Notes: generated by a model not told the origin, from the letters alone. DNA of 37,547 nucleotides from an uncultured Janthinobacterium sp. (GCA_964658025.1 CAZZXB010000008.1:4091-41637); one strand, 5' to 3'. Positions 9,943 to 20,856 are shown, counted from the stretch's first letter. Translations and numbers: made by a program.

Positions 9943-12900
9943 CTAGAATTTTCGTTGGACCGAGAACGACACGCCTTGATTGCCGTTGAGCGGCTCCGCG
10001 CCCGTCACGGAGGGATTGGTCGAGAGGAGCGAGGTCGTCTGGACGGGTGCGAGTTGGTTCGCGCTCGGCTGGGTGAAGAACGTGACTTGCGCCGCGGTCG
10101 TGCCGGCGGGGTTCGCCGCCTGGAGACCGACGCTCTCGCGCGGCGGTTGACCGAACGAGCTCGCGAACACTGCGTTGACGTTGCGGAAGAGTTTGCGCTT
10201 CGCGCCGACGTTCACGCTCCCGCCGGGGAGATACGTCACCGCGAGGTTGGAGAGTCCGAGCGCGCCGCCGAGTTTCGAACTGAACGGTTGCAGGACGTTC
10301 TGCGTGAGCAACGTCCCGAGTTGGCCTTCGGCGAGCGACTGGAACGGATTCTGTTGCGCGCCCCCGCCCGTCGACGGCGCGACGCCGCTGACGGCGCCGA
10401 GCGCCTGCGCGCCGACGAGCAAGCCGAGGATCTGCTCGCGCGAATACGCGGGACTCGAGGTCAGGCCGACGTTGAGTTGCGTCGCGGGGCCGGTCACGTG
10501 CAGGTTCACGTCGGTCTCCGGATCGGGGACGGTCGTCGTCGCGCTCGCATCGACGTCCGGGATCACGCCGCTTCCGTCGAAGGCGATCGTGCTGCCGTCG
10601 GTTACGATGAAGGTCCGATAGAAACTGAGCGTGCCGCCGCCGACCGATTCGAGTTGGCCCGAGACGAGCGGGCTCGCGAGCGTGCCGCCGACGTGCAGTC
10701 GGCCCGTCGCGCCGACGTCGACGGGCCCGCTCTGCAGGCGGACGTCGCGACCGACGTCGATCCCGAGATCGAAACGGACCGGTAACGGCGCCGCGGTCGA
10801 TTGCGTTTTCGGCGCGTTCGGGTTGAAGAGCGCGCTCAGCGGAATGCGCGTTTCCGAGAACGCGAGATTTCCCGCGACATCGATCGGCGCCGCGGGCGTG
10901 CGCGCGACGGTGAGCTTGCCGTCGACGAGTCCCTTGAGATACTGCGGCGCGTCGAGGCGCGTTTTGTCGATCGCGAGTTGGAGGTTGCCGGAGAGGTCGT
11001 TCGCCGGTCGCAATAAGCTCGGGACGGACGCGAATCCGTTCGCGACGATCGTGCCGCCGCCGATCGTCACGCTCGTGTCGTGGAGCGTCGCGCGCGTTCC
11101 CGAGAACGTGACCTGCGCGCGCGCGTCGGTCGCCTTGGATTTGAGCATCGGTCCCGAAAAGGCGCCGTTCGCGAGCGAGAGCGTGCCGCCGATACCGGGC
11201 TTCGCGAGACTTCCCTGCGCGCGAACGCTTCCGTCGAACACGCCCGCCGCGGTCGTGCCCTTCGGCAAGAACGCGGCGAACTGCGCGAGATCGATCTTAT
11301 CGGCGGTCAGGCCGAAATCGAGCGGTGCGGTCGCCGGACCGATGCCGAACGGTTTTTGCGCGATCGGCACCGCGCCGCTCGCGAGCAAGCGTCCGGAGAC
11401 GAAATCGATCTCGGTCCGCGCGAGCGACGCGCGGGTTTTCGTCACCGCGAGTTCCGCGTGCGCGCGCGGGAGCGTATATTTCGCATAACGGATCTGCGTC
11501 GCGTCGAGCACGTCGTTCGCGCGGGGTGCGGCCTGCGTTCCGGTGAGCCGCAGCCGGTCGTGGAGGACGCCGCTCACGTCGTACGTTTTCGCGGTGAGGC
11601 TCTTCGCGAGCGCCCCGACGTCGGCGACGTCGGTATCGAGCGTGAGATCGAAGGGATCTTTCGGTTGCAGACCGACCGAGCCGAACGCGTGCGCGCGGAG
11701 ATTATCGATCGCGAACACCGCGCTCGTCACGGTGGCGCGTCCGTTCGCGGCGCGCGCGTCGAGCGTCGCCGTGCGGATCGGAATCTCGTTCACCATGCCG
11801 CCGACGAGTCGGGCGCGCGCGCTCGCGACGTCGCGCGGATACGTTCCGCGTAGGTTCACGTCGCCGTCGATCTTGCCGGCGACGGGCGCCGCGATCCCGG
11901 CGGCGGGGAGCCAGACGCCGAGATCGACGGCGCGCGCTTCCGTCACGAGCGAGACGTTCGTGCGATGCAACGCGTCGCGTAACGGTTGGGTCGGCGCGAA
12001 GAGCACGTCACCGACCGACGTCACGCGGCCCGCCGTCGAGCCGAGGGCGAGATCGGTATGCAGGCGACGGCCGCGCGTCGCGAACGTCGCGTGCGCGTCG
12101 CCGAGTTCGAAACGGCGGAAACGCGTCCTCGCGAAACGCGCGCCGCCGTCGAGCGCGATGCGATCCGGCGCGTTCGTCCCGCGTAGCGAGATGCGGCCGA
12201 CGCCGCCGAGCGTATCGCCCGCATCGAAGTAATCGTCGAAATCCGAGAGCTCCACGTGAGGCGCGTCGAGCGAGAACGATTGCGCGCGCGGCGCCACGTC
12301 GGCGGCGAAGGAGAGCGCCGTCGTGCCGACCGTCACCCGTCCGCCGCGCGCGCGTAGCGCCGACGGCGTTCCGTCGAGGTCGACCGTCGCGTCGCGATAC
12401 GCGAGCCCGTTGATCGAGCCTTGCGGCACGTCGACGCGCCCCGCGATCGAGGGCGACGCGCCGCTTCCGGCGACCCGGAGGTTCGCGTCCAACGTTCCTT
12501 CGGGATATTGTGGGGCGTGCGCGAGGCGCGCGAACGTGCCGATATCGGCTTGCGAGACGCTGGCGTCGAAGGCGTAGCGCGCGCGCTTGGGGTCCGCGCG
12601 CAGGCCGTCGATGCGACCGTCGAGGCGACCGACCGCCGCACCCGCGACGATCGTGCCGTCGCGCACGCTCAGACGATCGCCCGAAAACGCGAGCCCGGTC
12701 GACGTCGAGAGATCGAGGCCCGCGAGCTGCGGATTCGTAGACTCGGCCCCGCTCACCGCGACGCCCGCATCGAGTTCGGGCGCGCCCGCCGTCCCGCCGA
12801 CCGCCGCGAGCGCGCTCGCCGTCCCCGCCCGAACCGGCAGGCCGAAGGCGCGGAGCGCCGCGAGATCGACGCCGCTCGCGGAGACGTCGAGCGTCCCGCC

Positions 12901-14988
12901 GTTGCCGAAACTCCCCTGCGCGACGACGTCGTGCCCCGCGAGTCCGAGGCGCGCGCCGTAGACGTCGATCGCCTTCCCGCGCACGCCGATCGTCGCTTCG
13001 AGCGCGTCGATCGGCACGCCGCCGACGCTCGCGTTCGCGAACCGCGCGCCGGCGATCTGCGCGAGGAGCGACGACGTCCCGGTCGCCGCGAGCGCGACCG
13101 GAATATCGACCGTGCCGCGGGCCGCGATCTTTCCGCCCGCCGCGCGCGCGAGCGGTGCGAGCGCGCCGCGATAGCGCGCGCGCGCTTCCGCGCGGGGACC
13201 GTCGGCGACCGTCCCGGCGATCGTGAGATCGTCGATCGGATAGCCGAGCGCGCGCACGTTCGCGGCCTCGGCGTCGCCCGCCACGGCGAAGCGCTTCCCG
13301 GCGAAGGTCCCCGCGACGTCGCTCGCGAGGTCCGCCTCGATCGGCGGCGCTTTCGCGAACGCGACGCCCGGAAGCGACGCGACGGGTCCGCGCGTCGAGA
13401 GGTGGACGTGCGCGAGCCGCGCGACGAACGCGCCGCCGCCGCCGTTCGGCCGATCGAGCGAGACGCGCGCGAAGATCGATTGCGGGCCCGGACCCTCGAG
13501 CGAGAGCGGACCGATCGTCCCTTCGCCCTTGCCGTTCACGGAGAGCGTGCCGCGGAGCGTCGCGTTCGGCGTCGTTCCCGCGACGACGCCGCGCGTTTCG
13601 AGCGCGGCGTCCGTCCCCGCCGCGATCACCGTCGCGCCGACCGTCATCGGCCCGAGCAGGTTCGTCGCGTACGGCACGCGCGAAGCGGGCGCTTCGACGC
13701 TCGCGAGCACGTCGGTTTGCGTCCGCTTCGCGAGGACGAGTCGGCCGCGCGCGAGCGCGTCGATCCCACTATAGTTCAGCGCCGCACGAACGATCGTCGT
13801 GTCGGAGCCGCCGAGCGCGACCATTCCGTTCGGCCGGTCGAGCGGAAATTTTCCGTAATCGATCCGCGGCGAGGAGAAGGTCGCGAACGTCGTCGGACCC
13901 GTAGCGTCGCCTTCGACGAAGAGCGCGAACGCGACGTCGCCCGCGAGCGGAAGCTTTTTTGCCGCATCGGAGAGCGTGACGAGTCGGCCGAGCGCGCCGC
14001 GCCCGGAGATCGCGAGCCGCAGTTTGGGACTCGCGAAATCGTAGATGGCCCCCGCGATGCGCACGGGGACGCCCGCGATCGAGCCGTCGACCTTCGGAAT
14101 GGCGAGCCCGTCGTCGTAGACGCGGAGCGCGCCGCGTCCGTCGCGGAGCGGTTTCGCGATCCCGCCGAGATAGGGTTGGAAATGATCGAGATTCGCCGCG
14201 ACCGAGAGGTGGCGCGCCATCGCGCCGCCGCGGTCGCGCAATCCGTAGAAGCGGGCGTCGATGTCGTTCAAGACGCCGTCGGCGACGTGGAGCGTCGGCG
14301 AGTTGAGCGCGTAGTCGATGAGCGGTGCGAGCGCGATCGTTTTCGCGGTGATCCGCGTGAACTCGTATCCGCGCGCGTCGTCGAGCGTCCCGGCGATCGC
14401 GATCGGAAACCGCCCGCCCTCTTCGAGAATCGCGAGGCCGCCGACGACGTGCGAGCGCGTGTTCGGATCGAGGTTGGCGTCGAGTTGGAGGCTTTGGAGC
14501 GCGAGCTTGCGGCTGTGGCGGAAGATCCGCGTCTCGTCGATCACGCCGACCGAGCCGTCCCGGATGACGAGCCGGATCTGCGGGAGCGAGAACGGTTTGG
14601 AGTTCGACGAATTCCCCGACGGCGGCAGATGGAAGTTGTACGTTCCGTCCTTGTGGTGGACGATCGTGATCTTCGGACGATCGATCTCTATACCGGAGAT
14701 CCCGAACGGATGCGGGCTTCCGAAAACGTCTTTGAGCGAGTACGAGACGTCGATCGCTTTGGCGGTGAACAACGGCTCCTTCGCGAGGTTCGCGACGTCG
14801 GGCGCCACGATCGTCAGGCCGCCCGGTCGCGTCCGGATCCGATCGTACGTAAGCGAATAGCCCGCGACGTGCGCGCCGAGATCGACGCCCCAGGCGAGCA
14901 ACGCGGAACCGAAAAACGCGAACGCGATGATGCCGATCGAGACGACGACGCCGAAAGCGAGAGCTATTTTCGCGGGTCGTCGGGTCAA
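9943..14988 (-). CDS. tamB: TamB/AsmA-like translocation and assembly module protein (about 1680 aa)
   Basis: N-terminal TM anchor, long Gly-rich beta-taco-like repeats, and a C-terminal DUF490-like region (LHVTGPATQLNVGLTSSPAYSREQILGLL) ending in terminal Phe. TTG 14988 follows GGAGG; the track start is 15000. Confidence 0.85.
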   Translation of the reverse strand: MTRRPAKIALAFGVVVSIGIIAFAFFGSALLAWGVDLGAHVAGYSLTYDRIRTRPGGLTIVAPDVANLAKEPLFTAKAIDVSYSLKDVFGSPHPFGISGIEIDRPKITIVHHKDGTYNFHLPPSGNSSNSKPFSLPQIRLVIRDGSVGVIDETRIFRHSRKLALQSLQLDANLDPNTRSHVVGGLAILEEGGRFPIAIAGTLDDARGYEFTRITAKTIALAPLIDYALNSPTLHVADGVLNDIDARFYGLRDRGGAMARHLSVAANLDHFQPYLGGIAKPLRDGRGALRVYDDGLAIPKVDGSIAGVPVRIAGAIYDFASPKLRLAISGRGALGRLVTLSDAAKKLPLAGDVAFALFVEGDATGPTTFATFSSPRIDYGKFPLDRPNGMVALGGSDTTIVRAALNYSGIDALARGRLVLAKRTQTDVLASVEAPASRVPYATNLLGPMTVGATVIAAGTDAALETRGVVAGTTPNATLRGTLSVNGKGEGTIGPLSLEGPGPQSIFARVSLDRPNGGGGAFVARLAHVHLSTRGPVASLPGVAFAKAPPIEADLASDVAGTFAGKRFAVAGDAEAANVRALGYPIDDLTIAGTVADGPRAEARARYRGALAPLARAAGGKIAARGTVDIPVALAATGTSSLLAQIAGARFANASVGGVPIDALEATIGVRGKAIDVYGARLGLAGHDVVAQGSFGNGGTLDVSASGVDLAALRAFGLPVRAGTASALAAVGGTAGAPELDAGVAVSGAESTNPQLAGLDLSTSTGLAFSGDRLSVRDGTIVAGAAVGRLDGRIDGLRADPKRARYAFDASVSQADIGTFARLAHAPQYPEGTLDANLRVAGSGASPSIAGRVDVPQGSINGLAYRDATVDLDGTPSALRARGGRVTVGTTALSFAADVAPRAQSFSLDAPHVELSDFDDYFDAGDTLGGVGRISLRGTNAPDRIALDGGARFARTRFRRFELGDAHATFATRGRRLHTDLALGSTAGRVTSVGDVLFAPTQPLRDALHRTNVSLVTEARAVDLGVWLPAAGIAAPVAGKIDGDVNLRGTYPRDVASARARLVGGMVNEIPIRTATLDARAANGRATVTSAVFAIDNLRAHAFGSVGLQPKDPFDLTLDTDVADVGALAKSLTAKTYDVSGVLHDRLRLTGTQAAPRANDVLDATQIRYAKYTLPRAHAELAVTKTRASLARTEIDFVSGRLLASGAVPIAQKPFGIGPATAPLDFGLTADKIDLAQFAAFLPKGTTAAGVFDGSVRAQGSLAKPGIGGTLSLANGAFSGPMLKSKATDARAQVTFSGTRATLHDTSVTIGGGTIVANGFASVPSLLRPANDLSGNLQLAIDKTRLDAPQYLKGLVDGKLTVARTPAAPIDVAGNLAFSETRIPLSALFNPNAPKTQSTAAPLPVRFDLGIDVGRDVRLQSGPVDVGATGRLHVGGTLASPLVSGQLESVGGGTLSFYRTFIVTDGSTIAFDGSGVIPDVDASATTTVPDPETDVNLHVTGPATQLNVGLTSSPAYSREQILGLLVGAQALGAVSGVAPSTGGGAQQNPFQSLAEGQLGTLLTQNVLQPFSSKLGGALGLSNLAVTYLPGGSVNVGAKRKLFRNVNAVFASSFGQPPRESVGLQAANPAGTTAAQVTFFTQPSANQLAPVQTTSLLSTNPSVTGAEPLNGNQGVSFSVQRKF

Positions 14989-15116
14989 CCAAGCCTCCAA
15001 AACGCGGGATACGCTGTATGCGCGATCGTCGAAAACCTTACCCGCATACGGTCGTTCCGAGCGAGGCAGGCCCGCCCGTCACGCGTTCGGAACATAGAAC
15101 GTTGGCGCTTTAGGGG

Positions 15117-15761
15117 GTGGATTTGGGGTCGCGGGGTCCGGGATTGTTGTTCGTCGTCTCCGGGCCGTCCGGGGCGGGCAAGGATACCGTCGTCGATGCC
15201 CTGAGAACGCGCATGCCGAGGTTGCGTTACTCCGTCTCGGCGACGACGCGCGCGCCGCGGCCCGGCGAACGCGACGGCGAGTCGTACTTCTTTCTCGACC
15301 GCTCCGTCTTCGAACGCAAGGCGGGCGGCGGCGAGTTTCTCGAAACCAAGGAATACAACGGCAACCTCTACGGGACGCCGCGATCGTTCGTCGAGGGGAC
15401 GCTCGCCGACGGCTACGACGTGGTGATGAAACCGGAAGTCGTCGGCGCGCTCGCCGTGAAGGCCGCGTTCCCGCTCGCCGTGCTCGTCTTTCTGCTCCCC
15501 GACAAATTCTCGCATCTCCGGATGCGGCTCGCCGCGCGACGGACCGAATCGAACGACTCGATCGCCGAGCGCCTCGCGATCGCGCACGAGGAACTCACCC
15601 AGATCCGAAACTTCGACTACGTCATCATCAACGAACAGGCCCCGCCGGAGCGTCGCACGTCGCCGCCCGCGGTCGACGATCTCGAAGCGATCGTCCGGGC
15701 CGAACGCTTCCGCATCCATCACTATCACGACGACACTTTTAGGAACGTGGCAAACGCATGA
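15117..15761 (+). CDS. gmk: Guanylate kinase
   Basis: VSGPSGAGKDT P-loop, SVSATTRAPRPGERDGESYFF and YNGNLYGTP motifs; followed by rpoZ. Confidence 0.95.
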   Translation: MDLGSRGPGLLFVVSGPSGAGKDTVVDALRTRMPRLRYSVSATTRAPRPGERDGESYFFLDRSVFERKAGGGEFLETKEYNGNLYGTPRSFVEGTLADGYDVVMKPEVVGALAVKAAFPLAVLVFLLPDKFSHLRMRLAARRTESNDSIAERLAIAHEELTQIRNFDYVIINEQAPPERRTSPPAVDDLEAIVRAERFRIHHYHDDTFRNVANA

Positions 15762-15976
15762 GCAAGACGGTATTCGGCGACCTCGACGGACTTCTGGGAT
15801 ACGTGGATTCGAAATTCACCCTCGTCAACGTCGTCACCAAGCGAGCGAAACAACTCAACAATCAGGCGCCGGCGCTCACGGCGGATGCGAATCCGAACAA
15901 GCCCGTCTCCACGGCCTTCGAAGAAGTCGCGCTCGGGAAAATTCCCTACAAGCGCAACAAAGAAGGCATAAAATAG
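15758..15976 (+). CDS. rpoZ: RNA polymerase omega subunit
   Basis: DSKFTLVNVVTKRAKQL and KPVSTAFEEVALGKI motifs; conserved gmk-rpoZ synteny. Confidence 0.92.
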   Translation: MSKTVFGDLDGLLGYVDSKFTLVNVVTKRAKQLNNQAPALTADANPNKPVSTAFEEVALGKIPYKRNKEGIK

Positions 15977-15979
15977 TCT

Positions 15980-16005
15980 CCGCCTTCGCGGCGAGGCGTC
16001 GTTTT
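15980..16005 (+). terminator. Possible weak intrinsic terminator after rpoZ
   Basis: CGCCT...AGGCG hairpin followed by TCGTTTT. Confidence 0.35.
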
Positions 16006-16028
16006 ACGATGGTCCGAAGCTAGCGACC

Positions 16029-17864
16029 ATGTGCGGGATCGTCGGTTACGTCGGAAAACGCGACAGCGTTCCGATCATTCTCGATGCGCTACGGCGCCTC
16101 GAATATCGCGGATACGATTCCGCCGGGGTCGCGGTCATCGACGCCACGGGGGCGCTTGCGGGTTCGAAGGCCGAGGGAAAACTCGGCCGGCTCGCGGAGC
16201 GTCTCGTCGGCGAGCCGCTCCACGGCCACACGGGACTCGGGCATACGCGGTGGGCGACGCACGGACGGCCCTCCGACGCGAACGCCCACCCGCATCACGA
16301 TTGTAGCGGCAAGTTCGCGGTGATCCACAACGGCATCATCGAGAACTACGCCTCGATCCGCGTCCGACTCATCGCCGCCGGTCACCGTTTCGCGAGCGAC
16401 ACCGATACCGAAGTGCTCGCGCACTTACTCGAAGAGAACGATCGCGGCGATCTCGTCGCCGCGCTGCGCGAGACGCTCCGTCAGGTCAGCGGCGCCTACG
16501 CCGTCGGCGTGATCTCGGCCGAATCTCCCGACCGTCTCGTCTTCGCGCGGAGCGGCGCGAGCCCGCTCGTCGTCGGCATCGGCGACGACGAGATGTTCGT
16601 CGCCTCCGACACGCCCGCGATCTTGCAGTACACGCGCAAGCAAGTCATCGTGCGCGAGAACGAGATGGTCGTGATCGAACGCGATCGTTACGAGCTCACC
16701 GATTTCGACGGCAATCCGCTCGAGCGCGAGGTCTCGCAGATCATGTGGGACGCGAGTTCGGCGGAAAAAGACGGCTTCAAGCATTTCATGCTCAAGGAGA
16801 TGTTCGTCCAGCCGAGCGTCGTCAAGGAGACGCTCGCGGGTCGGATCGACGAATCGTCCGACGTGCAACTCGCGAGCGAGCTCAAGATCGACGAATACAT
16901 GCTGCGCGCGATGACGAAGATCTCGATCACGGGTTGCGGCACGGCGTTCCACGCGGGCATGGTCGGCATGTACCTCCTGCGCGCGCTCTGCAAGTTGCCC
17001 GTCGAGATGGAGCTCGCGAGCGAGTTCCGCTACGGCGATCGCGTGCTCGATCCGCGGACGCTCACGATCGCGATGTCGCAATCGGGCGAGACGGCCGACA
17101 CGATCGAGGCGGTCAAGATCGCGAAGGCCGCGGGGGCGCCCGTGCTCGGCATCTGCAACGTGCTCGGCTCGCATCTCACGCGCCTCGCCGACGGCACGCT
17201 CTACACGCGCGGCGGTCCCGAGATCGGGGTCGCGGCGACGAAGACGTACGTCTCGCAGACGGTCGCGATGGTGCTCTTCGCACTCTACCTCGCGCGCGTG
17301 CGCAAGAGCGAACCCGTCGAACGCCTGCGCGAGATCGCGCGCAACGCGAAGTTACTCCCCGAGGCGATCGATCTGTGTCTCAACGCGTCGGACGACATCC
17401 GCAAGGTCGCGAAAAAACTTCGCAAGGCGCACAGCGCGTTGTTCCTCGGTCGCTACGTGAATTTTCCGACCGCGCTCGAAGGCGCGCTCAAACTCAAAGA
17501 GATCTCGTACATGCACGCCGAGGGCTACGCCGCGGGCGAGATGAAGCACGGCCCGATCGCGTTACTCGACGCGAAGGTCCCCGTCATCGGCATCGTGACC
17601 GACGGCCGCGTGCGCGAGAAGATGCTCTCGAACTTGCAAGAGGCCAAGGCGCGCGAAGCGATCGTCGTGATCGTCGCGAACTACGGCGACGACGAGGCGG
17701 CCGCGCTCGCCGATCACATCTTCTACGTCCCCGAAGTCGACGAGCTGCTCTCGCCGATCGTCAACATCGTGCCGTTGCAATTACTCGCCTACCACATCGC
17801 CGATCTCGACGGCAAAGACGTCGACCAACCGCGCAATCTCGCGAAGACGGTGACGGTCGAGTAA
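16029..17864 (+). CDS. glmS: Glutamine--fructose-6-phosphate aminotransferase
   Basis: MCGIVG N-terminus, LEYRGYDSAG, GHTRWATHG, SQSGETADT, EGALKLKEISY, and a PRNLAKTVTVE C-terminus. Confidence 0.97.
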   Translation: MCGIVGYVGKRDSVPIILDALRRLEYRGYDSAGVAVIDATGALAGSKAEGKLGRLAERLVGEPLHGHTGLGHTRWATHGRPSDANAHPHHDCSGKFAVIHNGIIENYASIRVRLIAAGHRFASDTDTEVLAHLLEENDRGDLVAALRETLRQVSGAYAVGVISAESPDRLVFARSGASPLVVGIGDDEMFVASDTPAILQYTRKQVIVRENEMVVIERDRYELTDFDGNPLEREVSQIMWDASSAEKDGFKHFMLKEMFVQPSVVKETLAGRIDESSDVQLASELKIDEYMLRAMTKISITGCGTAFHAGMVGMYLLRALCKLPVEMELASEFRYGDRVLDPRTLTIAMSQSGETADTIEAVKIAKAAGAPVLGICNVLGSHLTRLADGTLYTRGGPEIGVAATKTYVSQTVAMVLFALYLARVRKSEPVERLREIARNAKLLPEAIDLCLNASDDIRKVAKKLRKAHSALFLGRYVNFPTALEGALKLKEISYMHAEGYAAGEMKHGPIALLDAKVPVIGIVTDGRVREKMLSNLQEAKAREAIVVIVANYGDDEAAALADHIFYVPEVDELLSPIVNIVPLQLLAYHIADLDGKDVDQPRNLAKTVTVE

Positions 17865-17866
17865 GG

Positions 17867-18289
17867 TCAGGATTTCGCGAAATGCCGGAGATCGTCTTCG
17901 GCGATGACGTCGAGCGCGAGGACGAGATCCGGACGCTCGTCGAGCCACGGGAAGCGCGTTTTCGCCGCGACGCGATCGCCGCCCGCCGGCTCGCGCCGCA
18001 TCACGAAGTCCGTCCACTTCGCGACGCCACCCGGCACGGCGTGCGACGTGACGAACGCGGCGACCTCGTCGTCGCTCGAGACGGTCCGCACGCATTGCGA
18101 GAACGCGGCGAACGCGATGCCGAGATGCTCGAGCATCGTCTCGGTGAGGCCTTCGATCTTGTACGCGCCGAGCGAGCCGCCGGCGAGCGACGCGCGCGCC
18201 TTGTCGATCGAACGCGGGAGAAACACGATGCCCGCGAGTTCGGCGCGCGGCGCGCGCGGGGGCGCCGAACGCAGATCGAGCGGCGTCAT
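17867..18289 (-). CDS. DUF5069-like small protein
   Basis: MTPLDLRSAPPRAPRAELAGIVFLPRSIDKARA...LGAY...LDVIAEDD. The ATG overlaps the upstream stop. This is the tail of track ORF 17867..19657. Confidence 0.75.
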   Translation of the reverse strand: MTPLDLRSAPPRAPRAELAGIVFLPRSIDKARASLAGGSLGAYKIEGLTETMLEHLGIAFAAFSQCVRTVSSDDEVAAFVTSHAVPGGVAKWTDFVMRREPAGGDRVAAKTRFPWLDERPDLVLALDVIAEDDLRHFAKS

Positions 18290-20040
18290 AGCGCCGCTCC
18301 GTCGTCGGAAGATCCGAGCAGCAGTTTGCGCGCGAGCGGGACCGGCGGATCGCCGTGGGCGAGGAGCGCGTCGTGGAATTTTTCGAGCGTGTACGCCGGG
18401 CCGAGCTTGCGCGCGTAATCCGCGCGGAGCTTGAGGATCATGAGTTTGCCGAGCGTGTAATACCCGTACATCGGATCCTGCGTTCCGCGCATCGTCTCGG
18501 TGATCGCGGCGGCGTTCGTCTGGAAGCAACGATCCTGGAAGAAGCGCTCGCTCTCCGGGACGCTCCACCCCTGCGTGTGCAGTCCGACGCCCGCGAGGTA
18601 ACGACACTCGCGTAAGAGCGCTCCCTGGAGTTGTCCGAGTCGCACGCGCTTGTCGCCGTCGCCCCATCCTTCGTCCACGACCATCTGTTCGTCGTAGTGC
18701 GCCCAACCTTCGCCGAACGCGACGTTCCAGATGAGTTTGCGCGTGAGGCTCAGCGGCAGATGCTTGTCGATCGCATAGTTCGTGAAATGTCCGGGATAGA
18801 TCTCGTGCGCGGAGACGAGCGGTCCGTAAAAATCGTTGAAGAACGAGAGGAACCCCGCCTGACGCGCCGCGGGCCAGCGCGTGTCGACGGGCGTGACGAA
18901 GTAGAACGAGCGGCGATCGACCGCCTCGAGCGGCCCCGGTCCGTCGAAGGCCGCGAACGTGGTCGAGCGTTGGAACGCGGGCGTATCGACGACCGCGACG
19001 TTCGCGTCGGCCGGGAGCGTGACGATGTGCTTCGCGATGAGGAAGGCGCGCAGCCGGACGAGATCTTCGGCTTTTTTCGCGCGGAGGTTCGCCGCGCTCG
19101 GATGGTTGGTCGCGAAGAGCTTCGTGGCGACGGCCGCGGGCGAGCGCGTCGGATCGATCGCGCGCGCGACGGCCACGTACTCGCGCCGCGTCGCCGCGAG
19201 CGCCGCTTCGCCGACCGCACGATAGCGCGCGAGCGAGATGTCGAGCCCGTCGTCGTCGCGCAAGCGCTCGCGATACGCGGCCGCGCCGATGGCGAACGTC
19301 CCCGCGGGCCGCACGCCGCGTAACCACGTCTCGTACGACCGGAGCGCCGCGACGACGCGCGCGCCCTCGGTGCGGAGTCGCGCCCGGCCGCCGGGATCGC
19401 GGACCGCCGCGAACGCCTCGGGGACGGAGGTCGAGAAGAAGTCGATCGCGCCGTCCGTATCCTCGAGGGCGACTTCCTTCGACGCCGCGTCGATCGTGCC
19501 GAGATTCGCGCGGCCGCGCGCGAGAAATGCGGGGAGTTCGCGCTCGCGCGCGATCGCGAGCGCCATGCGCCGCTCGGGCGATGCGAACTCCCGCGCCGCG
19601 AGCGAGTATACGGCCGTGCTCGCGAGCCCCACGTAACGGTCGGGATCGTGTCGCCAATGGTGCTGCGTCCCGTCGGTGAAGAGTTCGCCCCGGAGCTGGT
19701 TCGAGAGGATCGTCCGGTCGACCGCGACCTCGGGCGAGAGGTCGTGCGGATCCATCGCGTCGAGCGTCGCGAGGGTCCGTCGCTCGCGCGTCAGGTTCGC
19801 GTCGAAAGCGCCGGGCGAGATATCGTCGAGGCGCGCGTCGCCCGCGTGGACGCCCGTCCCCGTCGCGTTGATCGGATGCGCGACGAAATCGCTCGCGAAA
19901 TACGCACGCGCGAGCGCCGCATAGCGCTCGTCCGCGGTTTCCGACGCGGCGTGTGAGGTTGCGGCGAGATTCGCCGATACCGTAAAGAGCATGAAAAGTA
20001 CCGCCGCGGCGCAGCGGACGACGTTTCGAAAATTATGCAC
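18286..20040 (-). CDS. DUF885 family exported protein (putative metallopeptidase-like)
   Basis: Signal-peptide-like N-terminus from GTG 20040; HEIYPGH, FGEGWAHYDE, GYYTLGKLMILKLR and FHDALLAHG motifs. Confidence 0.85.
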   Translation of the reverse strand: MHNFRNVVRCAAAVLFMLFTVSANLAATSHAASETADERYAALARAYFASDFVAHPINATGTGVHAGDARLDDISPGAFDANLTRERRTLATLDAMDPHDLSPEVAVDRTILSNQLRGELFTDGTQHHWRHDPDRYVGLASTAVYSLAAREFASPERRMALAIARERELPAFLARGRANLGTIDAASKEVALEDTDGAIDFFSTSVPEAFAAVRDPGGRARLRTEGARVVAALRSYETWLRGVRPAGTFAIGAAAYRERLRDDDGLDISLARYRAVGEAALAATRREYVAVARAIDPTRSPAAVATKLFATNHPSAANLRAKKAEDLVRLRAFLIAKHIVTLPADANVAVVDTPAFQRSTTFAAFDGPGPLEAVDRRSFYFVTPVDTRWPAARQAGFLSFFNDFYGPLVSAHEIYPGHFTNYAIDKHLPLSLTRKLIWNVAFGEGWAHYDEQMVVDEGWGDGDKRVRLGQLQGALLRECRYLAGVGLHTQGWSVPESERFFQDRCFQTNAAAITETMRGTQDPMYGYYTLGKLMILKLRADYARKLGPAYTLEKFHDALLAHGDPPVPLARKLLLGSSDDGAAL

Positions 20041-20115
20041 GCCCCGACGTTCGAGGAGGCTCCCGAGCCACCCTAGACGGAGGGCTTGCGCCGGGCCGCG
20101 GCGCACGACGCCCGG

Positions 20116-20856
20116 ATGACGACGACGCGCGCCCCTCGCGCAGACGGTCGCGAATTCGACGCGCTCCGGCCGGTCACGATCGAGACGAAACCCCTGGCGT
20201 TCGCCGAGGGAAGCGCGCTCATCTCCGTCGGCGACACGCGCGTCCTCTGCGCGGCGACGATCGAAGACCGCATCCCGCCGTGGCTGCGCGGTCAGGGCCG
20301 CGGCTGGGTGACGGCCGAATACGCGATGCTCCCGCGCGCCACGCAAGAACGGACGCAGCGCGAGTCGTCGAAGGGCAAAGTCGGCGGCCGCACGCACGAA
20401 ATTCAACGCCTGATCGGTCGCTCGCTCCGCGCGGTGACCGACCTCAAGCTGCTCGGCGAACGGAGCGTCGTCGTCGATTGCGACGTCCTCCAAGCCGACG
20501 GCGGCACGCGGACGGCCGCGATCACGGGCGCCTACGTCGCGCTCGCGCTCGCGCTCCGGCGCGATTTCGTCCCGGGCTCCGCGAAGTGGCCGCTCCAGAG
20601 CGCGATCGCCGCGGTCAGCGTCGGATACGTCGACGGCATCGCGCATCTCGATCTCGCTTACGGCGAAGACAGCCGCGCCGAGGTCGACATGAACGTGGCC
20701 ATGACGGGCGGCGGCGCGTTCGTCGAAGTGCAGGGCACGGCCGAGGGCCGGACGTTCGATCGCGCCCAACTCGACGAGATGCTCGGGCTCGCCGAAGTCG
20801 GGATCGGCCGACTGTTCGCGTTGCAACGGGAGGCTCTCGATTCGGCCCCAGCTTGA
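20116..20856 (+). CDS. rph: Ribonuclease PH
   Basis: [50 protein letters not shown] and EVQGTAE motifs. Confidence 0.96.
   Translation: MTTTRAPRADGREFDALRPVTIETKPLAFAEGSALISVGDTRVLCAATIEDRIPPWLRGQGRGWVTAEYAMLPRATQERTQRESSKGKVGGRTHEIQRLIGRSLRAVTDLKLLGERSVVVDCDVLQADGGTRTAAITGAYVALALALRRDFVPGSAKWPLQSAIAAVSVGYVDGIAHLDLAYGEDSRAEVDMNVAMTGGGAFVEVQGTAEGRTFDRAQLDEMLGLAEVGIGRLFALQREALDSAPA

Noticed and set aside
15001..15116. Hairpins in the tamB/gmk divergent spacer as an ncRNA
   Set aside because: Short stems are expected by chance at this GC content, and the region must hold two promoters.
15977..16028. glmS ribozyme upstream of glmS
   Set aside because: The spacer is only about 50 nt and lacks the ribozyme core; only a small hairpin is present.
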